A stretch of 64,000 nt of DNA from an uncultured Chitinophagaceae bacterium (GTDB lineage Bacteria; Bacteroidota; Bacteroidia; Chitinophagales; LD1), in the NCBI GenBank assembly GCA_964571705.1, contig CAZNDJ010000003.1:6788-70787 (forward strand), in the 5' to 3' direction. Below the pieces are notes generated by a model. That model did no database searches. It was not told the DNA's origin and saw only the letters and a list, made by a program, of their open reading frames with translations. Positions within the stretch are counted from its first letter, which is position 1. Each line of letters begins with the position of its first letter. Shown piece after piece: positions 1 through 9,161 of this stretch. A program made the position numbers and the translations under genes.

Positions 1-2
1 CA

Positions 3-269
3 GAGTGTACGGGTATAGAGGATATAGCGACGACAGGCTTTGAGGTAATCCCTAACCCTGCTCATGGTAATATCACTATAGTACTGAGTGATCTCACCAA
101 AATAGATAACGTCAGTGTCTATAATGACCTGGGCCAGTTGCTTTATACCAACGAGAAACCATCAGGTGATGTGAGCATCAATATATCCTCATATGCAGCT
201 GGAGTTTACTTTGTCATGGCCCGTTTGAGCAATGGGACCGGAGTGGCGCACAGATTCATTAAAGAATAA
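3..269 (+). CDS. 3' end of a secreted protein with a T9SS type-A C-terminal sorting domain (5' end lies outside the window)
   Basis: Frame 3 is open from the window edge to TAA at 267-269. The translation ...GFEVIPNPAHGNITIVLSDLTKIDNVSVYNDLGQLLYTNEKPSGDVSINISSYAAGVYFVMARLSNGTGVAHRFIKE shows the usual PNPA ... YD..G ... L..GVY ... K CTD pattern. It is absent from the ORF track because no start codon lies in the window. Confidence 0.8.
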   Translation, partial: ECTGIEDIATTGFEVIPNPAHGNITIVLSDLTKIDNVSVYNDLGQLLYTNEKPSGDVSINISSYAAGVYFVMARLSNGTGVAHRFIKE

Positions 270-314
270 AAGAAGATTCAATCTTAGAGGATACTTGCTA
301 TCTGTACCTTTTTA

Positions 315-1610
315 TTAAAACAATTCCGGGCGGAAGAATTCGGAAAGTAAGGATGCCTGCGTCATACACTGCCATTTCTCCTCTGCGAAATACCTGAGCA
401 GCACCTCGTATAGCTGCTCGTATCCTGCGTAGAGCATATCGTCAAAGAAGTTGTTGTGAAAATTGATGGTGACGACTGTATTTTCTTTATTGCTATCCAG
501 CCAGGCCAGCAGTTCCTTCTCCGCTTGTTTTACGGTTTTGCCCTGATAGAAGAAATTACCGTCCATGATATTCATCGTTACTTCTATTAGGTCGCAGACA
601 CGGTTTTCTACTACGTGGTATGGCATGAAAGGGAGGCCGTAGCTATTCCGAAAGCCAAAGCCCTCGGAGAAGCCCAGCGAAGTGTCAAGCTTTATCCCGG
701 CACTTTCTAGTTCCGACCATGCTTCTGGCAGGTTGAACTTGAGAAAATGATATCGTTGTCCTCGCGGTGTACCGACGAGGGATAAATTTTCTAATTCATC
801 CGCCATAGCTTCCCTGCTGATAGACTTATGCAGGCCATTTTCAAAGCCACGATTTTCAATACGTGCTATCTGTTGAGCGATTTTCTTGTGGTGGAGATGG
901 TAGTCAGCATTCTTCTCATCTTTATTTGTCAACCAGAAGAAAGATGATCGGAAGCCATATTTCTCCTCCAGATCCATGATACGATCCATATTCAGCCAGT
1001 CGGGCTGGCCTGTGTAATGGCGCCACAGCAACCCCGGTATCTTGTGATACTGATGGGTGCGAAGCGCGTAGTCGCCATTTTGATTTTTGGCCCCGTAGAT
1101 GGTGTCTATATCATGTGTGAGAAAGAATCCAGACCTGCGTTTGGTCGTCTTGAGCCGGGCCAGCGCGGGATGGGATATCATAAACTCGTCCATCAGCTGC
1201 TGCACCAGATTGTCATGCATGGTCTGAGTGCGGTGCTGCAGGCTATCTAGGAATGGGAAACGCCCATACTGGTCAAAATTAGTGACGGCATACTCCTGCA
1301 CACAGTTGACCAGGTAAAAAATGCTGGCGATAAGATCCTTGCCACCATTGTCAGTATAAAAGAAGCATGAGCCGCGGGCCAGATCCCGCAAAGACCGGAA
1401 ATCACAGTTGGTTAAATATTGATAAAAGGGAGTGCAGTGGAGAATACCAGATCCGACCTGACCACCTGCCATAAGGTCTGCATCGGCTGCAATATCAGTA
1501 TAGCTGAAAGCCACGCCTTTATTGAATGCGATCAACTGAAGCGTATAGTGAATGAAATGCCTACCGGGTAGGTCATTTGCCAGATATATCTTCAAAGACA
1601 TGTAAAACAA
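315..1610 (-). CDS. Polysaccharide deacetylase-like protein (tentative)
   Basis: 431-aa ORF. The central FFLTHDIDTIYG motif and the downstream RSSFFW, GLHKS and RYHFLKF segments resemble the metal-dependent deacetylase-fold family. It is divergent from an asnB-type amidotransferase. The call rests on motif recollection only. Confidence 0.45.
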   Translation of the reverse strand: MFYMSLKIYLANDLPGRHFIHYTLQLIAFNKGVAFSYTDIAADADLMAGGQVGSGILHCTPFYQYLTNCDFRSLRDLARGSCFFYTDNGGKDLIASIFYLVNCVQEYAVTNFDQYGRFPFLDSLQHRTQTMHDNLVQQLMDEFMISHPALARLKTTKRRSGFFLTHDIDTIYGAKNQNGDYALRTHQYHKIPGLLWRHYTGQPDWLNMDRIMDLEEKYGFRSSFFWLTNKDEKNADYHLHHKKIAQQIARIENRGFENGLHKSISREAMADELENLSLVGTPRGQRYHFLKFNLPEAWSELESAGIKLDTSLGFSEGFGFRNSYGLPFMPYHVVENRVCDLIEVTMNIMDGNFFYQGKTVKQAEKELLAWLDSNKENTVVTINFHNNFFDDMLYAGYEQLYEVLLRYFAEEKWQCMTQASLLSEFFRPELF

Positions 1611-1666
1611 TAATAGCTAATAATGGTGGTTTTGCTAATTTTAATTTTGAAAAGGAATCCATCCCG

Positions 1667-3496
1667 ATGTGCGGTATAGCCGGCTTTATCAACCATAGTC
1701 TCAGCGAAGAAAATAAGAAGGCACTCAACTATAAAATGCTCGGCACGATCATACACCGTGGTCCCGAGAATAGTAATGTGTGGACCGAAGGGATCGTATC
1801 TCTCGGGCAAAACCGCCTGAAGATCATAGACCTGTCTGATGCTGCCAATCAGCCTTTTGACTATATGGACCTTGTGATCATCTTCAATGGAGAGATATAT
1901 AACTATATAGAGGTACGTGAGGAGTTGCGAAAGCTAGGCTACCAATTTCGCACCAATGGCGATACCGAGGTGATAGGCGCAGCCTACAAGGAGTGGGGTG
2001 ATGCCTGTGTAACCCACCTGATCGGTATGTGGGGCCTGGCTATCTGGGATACTACAAAGAAACGCCTCTTCTGCTCCCGCGACAGGTTTGGTATAAAACC
2101 GTTCTATTATATCTCGCAAGGCGGGAACCTGTACTTTGCCTCAGAATACAAGCCGCTAAAGGAGCTGCCCGTATTTGATGGTCGGCTGAATGTAGAGCAG
2201 GTACAGCGCGGTATCACTATGTCATGGGCTGTGTACCGTGATCAGACCTACTACAGCTGTATCAGCGCACTGATGCCGGCGCACAACCTCGTATATGAGA
2301 ATGATAGGATCACCATATCACGCTACTGGGATGTAGACCTGACTGCGCCAAAATCTAATATGAGCAGGGCGGACAAGGAGGCTCGCTTTTATGAGCTTTT
2401 TGAAGAGAGTGTGAAGCTACACTCGCGCAGTGATGTACGCAATGGTACCTGCCTGAGTGGCGGGCTGGATAGCTCGGCTATATCCAGTGTGTACTCCACC
2501 TTGTTTCCCGAATCACTGATCAAGTCTTTTTCGATCTACTATGAAGGGACAGGAGCGGTGGATGAGCGCCCTTTTGTAAAGGAAGTCGTAAACAAATATC
2601 CGAATATTGAGCCGTATTACTTTACACCTACGGATCAGGATATTGCTGATAGTTTTCATAAGGTGGCTTTTCATGCGGATGTGCCGCTGCTGGGCTCATC
2701 CTATCTGTCACAGTACTTTCTGATGAAGCTCGCCAGGAGCGAGGGGGTGACAGTAGTGCTGGATGGCCAGGGATCTGATGAGTACCTGGGAGGATATCTT
2801 CATTCTTTCTACCGTCTGCTGGCACAGGATGTAGCCTCGCTGCACTGGGGCGACTATGTGCGGACCTTTACCTCTCATCTATCGCGAGAGCATTATGGAT
2901 TTGGCAAGGCTATAGATATCAAGATGAAGACCCTGGCGTCTGTGCTCTACGATGAGAATGGGATCTACAATCTTGAGCTTTCACGCAAGAAGGAGTTTTT
3001 TAAGAATACGGCTACTGTCAGTTTTGAAAAGAAAACGGATGACAGGGTAGATAATTTCCTGTATCACCTGCTCCTCAATACGACGCTGCAGACACTGCTA
3101 CACTTTGAAGACCGCAATTCGATGGCATTCTCTCTGGAGTCCCGTGTGCCTTTTCTGAATCACAAGCTGGTGGAGTTTGCCTTCTCTCTGCGCAATGAAG
3201 ATAAGATCAGCAATAAAGCTGAAACCAAATTTATACTGCGCGAGTCACTTAAGAAGGTTTTGCCGCAGGCTATATATGAGCGCAAGGACAAGAAAGGATT
3301 CGTGACACCGGGAGAGATACGCTGGCTCAATGGGCCGTTGAAGTTTCTGCTGGACGTAGACTATAGCAGATTATATTTTATGGATCAGGACAAAGTAAAG
3401 GTCCTGATAGAAAACTATAAAAAAGGAGATGCCTCCAATGCTGCTTTTGTGTGGAGGATACTCTGTTTACATTACTGGCTGAAAGAATTCAACTGA
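1667..3496 (+). CDS. asnB: Asparagine synthase (glutamine-hydrolysing)
   Basis: I moved the start to ATG 1667 so the protein begins MCGIAG, with the Ntn amidotransferase Cys2 nucleophile. An SGGLDSS PP-loop is present and the length is about 609 aa. The track ORF begins 90 nt upstream at 1577. Confidence 0.9.
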   Translation: MCGIAGFINHSLSEENKKALNYKMLGTIIHRGPENSNVWTEGIVSLGQNRLKIIDLSDAANQPFDYMDLVIIFNGEIYNYIEVREELRKLGYQFRTNGDTEVIGAAYKEWGDACVTHLIGMWGLAIWDTTKKRLFCSRDRFGIKPFYYISQGGNLYFASEYKPLKELPVFDGRLNVEQVQRGITMSWAVYRDQTYYSCISALMPAHNLVYENDRITISRYWDVDLTAPKSNMSRADKEARFYELFEESVKLHSRSDVRNGTCLSGGLDSSAISSVYSTLFPESLIKSFSIYYEGTGAVDERPFVKEVVNKYPNIEPYYFTPTDQDIADSFHKVAFHADVPLLGSSYLSQYFLMKLARSEGVTVVLDGQGSDEYLGGYLHSFYRLLAQDVASLHWGDYVRTFTSHLSREHYGFGKAIDIKMKTLASVLYDENGIYNLELSRKKEFFKNTATVSFEKKTDDRVDNFLYHLLLNTTLQTLLHFEDRNSMAFSLESRVPFLNHKLVEFAFSLRNEDKISNKAETKFILRESLKKVLPQAIYERKDKKGFVTPGEIRWLNGPLKFLLDVDYSRLYFMDQDKVKVLIENYKKGDASNAAFVWRILCLHYWLKEFN

Positions 3497-3497
3497 T

Positions 3498-4016
3498 ATG
3501 TTTGACTGGCTGGGACTGCTGATCATAGTGGCTAAATCGTCTGTGGTATATCTTTTTATACTGGGGGCTATCAGGCTGTTTGGCAAGAAGGAGCTGGCGC
3601 AGCTATCAGTGGTAGACCTGGTCTTTATCCTCCTGATCAGTAACTCTGTGCAGAATGCCATGGTAGGCAGTGACAATAGCCTGCAGGGTGGAATAGCAGC
3701 GGCACTGGGGCTCTTTATAGTGAATTACATACTGAAGACACTGAGCTACAGGTACGCCTCTGTGAATAAAGCGCTGCAGGGCGAGTCTATCATGCTGATC
3801 TATGAGGGCAAGCTGCTGACAGAGCATTGCAAAAAGGCCATGATATCAAAAGAAGAAGTGGAGGCGGCAGTCCGCGAGCACGGTGTGAAAAGCATAGAAG
3901 ATGTGAACCTGGCGGTACTGGAAGTGGATGGCAATATCAGTGTCGTATCCGATGACTACAAGAAGAAGACTACCCGGAGGCGCAAGGCGCATAAAGCAAT
4001 AGTAAAACAACAATAG
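3498..4016 (+). CDS. DUF421 (YetF-like) membrane protein
   Basis: 172 aa. It has N-terminal TM helices, an LSVVDLVFILLISNSVQNAM motif and a C-terminal soluble domain typical of the DUF421 family. The start lies 2 nt after the asnB stop. Confidence 0.7.
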   Translation: MFDWLGLLIIVAKSSVVYLFILGAIRLFGKKELAQLSVVDLVFILLISNSVQNAMVGSDNSLQGGIAAALGLFIVNYILKTLSYRYASVNKALQGESIMLIYEGKLLTEHCKKAMISKEEVEAAVREHGVKSIEDVNLAVLEVDGNISVVSDDYKKKTTRRRKAHKAIVKQQ

Positions 4017-4031
4017 AATCAATCTCACAAT

Positions 4032-4550
4032 ATGACCTCTAAGACTCCCAAGGAATCGATGACCGTGATGACGGAGATCGTCCTGCCCAATGATACCAAT
4101 GCACTGCACAACCTGCGCGGTGGCAAGATACTCCACTGGATGGATATCGCCTCTGCTATCGCTGCCGGCAAGCATGCGAATGCTGTGGTCGTAACTGCCT
4201 CGGTAGACAATGTCTCCTTTGAAAATCCGATAAAGCTGGGTGATGTAGTGACGATCACGGCCAAGGTGACGCGCGCATTTAATACCTCTATGGAGACCCA
4301 TATAGAGGTATGGGCAGAGAACCTCCCCACGCAGACCCGCTACCGCTGCAATGAAGCATTCTACACATTCGTAGCGCTGGATAGCAATGGCCGGCCAAAG
4401 AAGAGTGCGGAAGTAATGCCAGAGACAGAGGTGGAGAAAAAGCACTATGATGGTGCGCTGCGCCGCCGTCAGCTGCGCCTCGTACTGGCGGGCAGGCTCA
4501 AAGCTTCTGATGCTACAGAGCTGCGCTCGCTATTTACCGAGGGAGTTTAG
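4032..4550 (+). CDS. Acyl-CoA thioesterase (hotdog fold, YciA-like)
   Basis: The segment MTEIVLPNDTNALHNLRGGKILHWMDIASAIAA...ASVDNVSFENPIKLGDVV is a classical acyl-CoA thioester hydrolase signature. Confidence 0.8.
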   Translation: MTSKTPKESMTVMTEIVLPNDTNALHNLRGGKILHWMDIASAIAAGKHANAVVVTASVDNVSFENPIKLGDVVTITAKVTRAFNTSMETHIEVWAENLPTQTRYRCNEAFYTFVALDSNGRPKKSAEVMPETEVEKKHYDGALRRRQLRLVLAGRLKASDATELRSLFTEGV

Positions 4551-4551
4551 T

Positions 4552-6792
4552 TTACCTTGGTTTTCCTCTTTGTTCTATCTCCCGGGCTTTGGCCAGGTAC
4601 ATATCTGCTGTCTTGATGTCGCCTTTATTGCGATATGAGACTGACAAATTCATGTAAGCCGGGAGATAGTCCGGAAACTTCTGCAGGCATCTCTGTGCGG
4701 TCGCTATGGCATCATCAAAACGATGGGCCAGGCCATAGGCTACACCAAGGTCTTCGTAGTACAGACGCTCATTAGGATTGCAGTCTATCGCTTTGGATAT
4801 ATTGATGATGGCCTGATCCAGGTTGTTGAGTTTCTTGCCATAGATGGTGCCTATTTTGTAGTATGACTTGTCATCCAGTGGTTTCAGCTCCAGTGTTTTT
4901 TTGAACCAATAGATGGCTGAGTCCGGCATATTGATCTTGTCATATGCCTCGGCCAGATTGAAGCGCGCGGCAAATACCTCGGGGTCTATGGCGAGAGCCT
5001 TGAGGAAGTGATCCTTGGCTTGCAATGGCATGCCATTCTCTATCTCCACGCAGCCCATATTGTACCACGCATCGTAGTAGCCGCCCACGCGATATTTGGC
5101 CGCATCTGCATAGTCACGCAGGGCACTCGGTACATCATGATAGAGCTTATAGGCGGCATTGCCACGCAGTACGAAGGCATTGGAGTGAGTAGGGTAGATG
5201 GCTAGTGATGTATCTATAAACTCGATGGCACGCTTGCGCAGTTGTTTTTTGAGCGTAGAGTCCGGGTAGTCGCTTACTTTTTCATTAAAGTCGAGCAGGT
5301 CCACGTAGTGTTGGAGTTCGCCGGTACGGCGCAGGGTGTCAAAGTTCTGATCGGCCAGCTTATCCAGATCACCACCGGCAGACATCTGTACCTTGGCACT
5401 GCGGGTACTGATCTTAGAGTCTGTGATGAAGAGCGTCAGATTGTCATGCCAGGCAAAGTTGCGAGAGAAGGTCTTGACAGAATAGAGTCCCAGTATCACT
5501 ACGAGCAGACCGGAGAGTACTGCGGCATTGATATATTTCCTATCCAATGCCTTGACCAATAGATATGCTATCAGTATACAGAAGCCAAGTGAGCACATAT
5601 AAAGAAAGCGCTCGTTCATGATGATACCTACGGTAAAAAAGAGATTGGAAACCACAGAGAAGGTGATAAAAAAATACAGGATAGCGTAGGCGGGGATACT
5701 CTTTTTGAAAAGGCCATAGATGCCGTAGATACCCACGGCAAGAGTCACTACGAGAGCAATAAGAAACAATGGATCACTGACACCGACATAAGGTATCTCA
5801 TTGAAGTAGTAATCATGTGTGAGGGGATGAGGAAAGAGGAGTAGCTTATAGTAAAGCAAGAAGGAATAGATGATCGTAGCATAGCGCGTCAGGTATCCCT
5901 CGGTAGTCTTAGGCAGGTAGGCGAATGGATTGTTTAGTATCTCAGTCGACTCTGCGCCCAGACCAGCCTGCGTGTATATAGAGCGCATATACAAAAAACC
6001 ACCGGCTGCCATCACGTACGGCACGAGTATCAGATAGTGTTTTGCCTGCGCTTTGGTAAAGAAGTAAAATGTAAGCGGAACGATGGCAAGGAAGGTGATG
6101 GCGTTTTCCTTGGATAGAAGTGCTAGAAAATAAGCCACTGTACCACCGACTATATATAGGAGATTATTGGTGCGCACATATTTCACAGCTGCGAAAAGCG
6201 CCGCCAGTGAAAATAGCATACCCATTACCTCATCACGACCTTTGATATTGGTCACAGCCTCTGTATGTAGCGGGTGCCCGGCATACAACATAGCAGCTAT
6301 GAAAGGAATAGTAAGGTAAAATACGGTACCCTTCTTAGGCGGAATAAGTGTTTTAAGAAGCCCGTAAATCAGCATGCAGGTCAATGCAAAGAGGAGAATG
6401 TTTATGAAGTGACTGATGCCAGGATGCAAGCCGCCAGTCAGTGATACCTCTATAGCCAGTGTCACGATGCTTAGCGGCCTGTAGCGGCCACCGCTCACGA
6501 GGCTGGCGCCACGCTCTCCAAAGAAACCAACGAAGGCATCTTTGGTCATCAGGTCCCCAATACCGCCTACGCCCTGGAGGGTAAATTTATTATCCGTCAG
6601 TACAAGTGTATCGTCTATGGCATATTTATCCCAGATGGAATTGAAATATATGCCCATGGTAAAAAGGAAGATGATCAGGTATGGCAGGTAAGATGCTTCG
6701 TACCAGTGAGTCGTATGAGGCGCAGCTGGCTGGACAGTAGCAGTAGCTCTGGCGGGTGGTGTTGGTTTCCTGGTTGGTTTAGATGCGGCCAC
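4552..6792 (-). CDS. GT-C fold (PMT/TMTC-like) membrane glycosyltransferase fused to C-terminal TPR repeats
   Basis: 746 aa. The roughly 480-aa N-terminal part is polytopic, with a YAIDD acidic motif in the first loop. The C-terminal roughly 250 aa carry repeated TPR-like A..Y/A...P helices (AIDPEVFAARFNLAEAY, LELKPLDDKSYYKIGTIY and similar). Confidence 0.65.
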   Translation of the reverse strand: MAASKPTRKPTPPARATATVQPAAPHTTHWYEASYLPYLIIFLFTMGIYFNSIWDKYAIDDTLVLTDNKFTLQGVGGIGDLMTKDAFVGFFGERGASLVSGGRYRPLSIVTLAIEVSLTGGLHPGISHFINILLFALTCMLIYGLLKTLIPPKKGTVFYLTIPFIAAMLYAGHPLHTEAVTNIKGRDEVMGMLFSLAALFAAVKYVRTNNLLYIVGGTVAYFLALLSKENAITFLAIVPLTFYFFTKAQAKHYLILVPYVMAAGGFLYMRSIYTQAGLGAESTEILNNPFAYLPKTTEGYLTRYATIIYSFLLYYKLLLFPHPLTHDYYFNEIPYVGVSDPLFLIALVVTLAVGIYGIYGLFKKSIPAYAILYFFITFSVVSNLFFTVGIIMNERFLYMCSLGFCILIAYLLVKALDRKYINAAVLSGLLVVILGLYSVKTFSRNFAWHDNLTLFITDSKISTRSAKVQMSAGGDLDKLADQNFDTLRRTGELQHYVDLLDFNEKVSDYPDSTLKKQLRKRAIEFIDTSLAIYPTHSNAFVLRGNAAYKLYHDVPSALRDYADAAKYRVGGYYDAWYNMGCVEIENGMPLQAKDHFLKALAIDPEVFAARFNLAEAYDKINMPDSAIYWFKKTLELKPLDDKSYYKIGTIYGKKLNNLDQAIINISKAIDCNPNERLYYEDLGVAYGLAHRFDDAIATAQRCLQKFPDYLPAYMNLSVSYRNKGDIKTADMYLAKAREIEQRGKPR

Positions 6793-6844
6793 GGGCTTTA
6801 CATTTTGGTCAAATCTATACTAAATGGCGATAGCAGTCAAGAGG

Positions 6845-7393
6845 CTAAATACTCTCTCGTCCTCTCAATTTATCCCATATCCCTGCCAGTACGAATACTA
6901 TAATGGTCGGAATCCAGATCCAAAGAAACTCACTGGCCAATACCCTCAGGCCCCACTGTGAGAAAAACTGAGTGACGCTGATAGGAGAGACGCGGATCAC
7001 CTGCCAGGGTAGAAAGTAGCGCTGATCATGAAACGGAGCAAAAAGATCGACGCCAAGGCCGCCTGTAGTACATGCATCCAGCAGTGCGTGAGATGACACC
7101 GAGGCAAAGAAAGATATGAAGAGTACGGCCCTCGTACGGGTATCAATCCCGCCTGACCGGTAAAACAGTAGTATAGCTATGATGCTGTACAAAGCGGCGA
7201 AGAAGAAGGAATGGGTAATACCCCTATGCCCCCACATAGAGTCATATGGCACACCAGCCCAATATCCCAGCGCATCGAGATCAGGTATGGCTGCTCCCAC
7301 AGCTCCTATGAGCCAAAAGCGCCAGTCACGGGCTACCGGTGTGATGCGGCCTATGGCGAGGGAAGCGACAGCATGTGAAAACGCAGATGCCAT
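6845..7393 (-). CDS. Membrane-bound metal-dependent hydrolase (YdjM/DUF457 family)
   Basis: 182 aa, beginning MASAFSHAVASLAIG and containing HRGITHSFFF. It has 4-5 TM helices with the conserved His residues typical of YdjM-like proteins. Confidence 0.65.
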   Translation of the reverse strand: MASAFSHAVASLAIGRITPVARDWRFWLIGAVGAAIPDLDALGYWAGVPYDSMWGHRGITHSFFFAALYSIIAILLFYRSGGIDTRTRAVLFISFFASVSSHALLDACTTGGLGVDLFAPFHDQRYFLPWQVIRVSPISVTQFFSQWGLRVLASEFLWIWIPTIIVFVLAGIWDKLRGRESI

Positions 7394-7411
7394 AGTGGCA
7401 AAGATAAGGTG

Positions 7412-8521
7412 TCAGGCGTTAACGAGTTTATATCTCTTGCCGGGCAGGGAGAGTACCATGCCATTCATCTCCATCTCCAGCAGAATGGCTGCTATCTCGC
7501 CACCGCTCATCTCAGACAGGAGTACCAGGCGGTCTATCTCCAGCTCCTCCTGAGAGAGCAGCTGGTATATCTTCTGCTCCTGTGGGGAGAGATGCAGGGA
7601 GAGTTGTGCTTTACGTCTTTTAGGGGTAGCATTACTCTGCCAGTTCATAGCATCGAGAAACTGTGCAGCACTTTCTATCATGGTAGCCTTGAAGGTGCGG
7701 ATCAGGAAGTTACATCCGGCGCTATACTTATCACCTACGCGACCAGGTATGGCAAAGACCTCTTTGTTGTATGTATTGGCTATGCCTGCTGTGATCAGGG
7801 CGCCACCTTTGGCGGCGCTCTCTATGACCACTGTGGCATCGGCCATGCCCGCTACTATGCGGTTGCGCGCAGGGAAATTGCCCGGAGACATCTCATGCCT
7901 GGAGGTGTACTCTGTGAGCAGGCCGCCCTGCTCCGTCATGCGTCTGGCTACATTCTTGTGCTGTGCGGGATAGATCGTATTCAGGCCATGGGCCAGCACG
8001 CCTACGGTATTCATCTTAGTGTCCAGTGCTGCGTGGTGGGCGGCTACATCTATGCCGTAGGCGAGGCCACTTACCACCAGTATATTCTGATCCCCGAGTT
8101 CTTCTATAAACTTTTTAGTAAACTCCTTGCCATACTCAGTGATGTGACGTGTACCGACTATGCTCACTACTTTGGCTGCGTTGAGATCTGCAGTACCGCG
8201 ATAGTACAGGATGATGGGTAGGTCATTGCAATCGCGCAGTCGCTGCGGGTAGGCCGCATCCGTATAGATGAGCGGCTGTATCTTGTAGTCTTGTATGAAC
8301 TTCAGCTCTGCCTCGGCATCACGCATGACATCTGCAGAGAGAATGCTGTTTGCCCTCTCCTCGCCGATCTGAGGTATGGATAGGAGCTTTTTCTTTGAGC
8401 ATTTGAATACCTCCTCTGCGCTGCCGCAGTAGGCTATGAGATTTTGCGCCAGCACGCTGCCGATGTCCGGCACGAGAGTCAGGGCAATAGTATGTAAGAG
8501 GGTAGAGTCAGTAGCGTCCAA
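7412..8521 (-). CDS. dprA: DNA-processing protein DprA (Smf)
   Basis: 369 aa. It contains VVSGLAYGIDVAAHHAAL, the ARNRIVAG region and AKGGALITA motifs of the DprA Rossmann domain, plus a C-terminal winged-helix-like tail. Confidence 0.9.
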   Translation of the reverse strand: MDATDSTLLHTIALTLVPDIGSVLAQNLIAYCGSAEEVFKCSKKKLLSIPQIGEERANSILSADVMRDAEAELKFIQDYKIQPLIYTDAAYPQRLRDCNDLPIILYYRGTADLNAAKVVSIVGTRHITEYGKEFTKKFIEELGDQNILVVSGLAYGIDVAAHHAALDTKMNTVGVLAHGLNTIYPAQHKNVARRMTEQGGLLTEYTSRHEMSPGNFPARNRIVAGMADATVVIESAAKGGALITAGIANTYNKEVFAIPGRVGDKYSAGCNFLIRTFKATMIESAAQFLDAMNWQSNATPKRRKAQLSLHLSPQEQKIYQLLSQEELEIDRLVLLSEMSGGEIAAILLEMEMNGMVLSLPGKRYKLVNA

Positions 8522-8578
8522 AACAAAGAAATATGTGAGAAGGCTAATATAATGTAGAATGGATTGTTTTAGCTTTGG

Positions 8579-9103
8579 ATGGCTATGGAAAATACCAACA
8601 ATAAGGTCAAGGCCGCAATCGTAGGTCTAGGTGCAGTAGCTGTAATATTATCCTTGGCTCCGCTCCCTATATGGAAACTACCAGTAGTGGCTAATGCGAT
8701 CTGGCTTGTCAAAGTAATAACACTGATCATCATACTGCGTGATGGATCCATCACAGACGCCAAACCTTATAATATACTGATGTTGCTCTGTTTGACGGTA
8801 GTGCTGGTGGGGGCGATGTTTAAAATAATGCACTGGCCCGGAGCCAACATGATGCTGATCTTATCACTGTCTGGACTAATGGTGATATATGCGGCGCGCT
8901 ATGCCTTCAAACCGCGAAAAGATCTGCTGGATAATCTCAAGGTCATCTTTTTTTGTAGCTGGATACTCGCAGCGCTAAATCATATCATGCACTGGCCCGG
9001 GGCAGATGTACTGCAGCTACTGGCGAGCAGCTCCTTTATAGGCATGGCAGCAGTGGTAATAAAGAAATTTATGCAGCAGCCGGATACTGATGCTGGTTTT
9101 TAG
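8579..9103 (+). CDS. Small polytopic membrane protein with a duplicated (I)MHWPGA motif, function unknown
   Basis: 174 aa with about 6 hydrophobic helices. FKIMHWPGANMML and NHIMHWPGADVLQL are encoded by an identical 14-nt string, atgcactggcccgg, at 8827 and 8988. Confidence 0.55.
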   Translation: MAMENTNNKVKAAIVGLGAVAVILSLAPLPIWKLPVVANAIWLVKVITLIIILRDGSITDAKPYNILMLLCLTVVLVGAMFKIMHWPGANMMLILSLSGLMVIYAARYAFKPRKDLLDNLKVIFFCSWILAALNHIMHWPGADVLQLLASSSFIGMAAVVIKKFMQQPDTDAGF

Positions 9104-9161
9104 ATGGGTTCTTAGGATGCTTTAGCTATCCTGAGCAATATCCTCCCGGTATGTACAAAGG

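Noticed and set aside
7409-8221. Long antisense or shadow ORFs inside well-supported genes. Examples are 7409-8221 (vs dprA), 3846-4445, 9249-9720, 10535-11062, 36589-37053, 40320-40970 and 53100-53618.
   Set aside because: Each overlaps a gene with strong family motifs on the other strand. Their translations are compositionally odd (Cys/His/Arg-rich or low complexity) and have no motifs.
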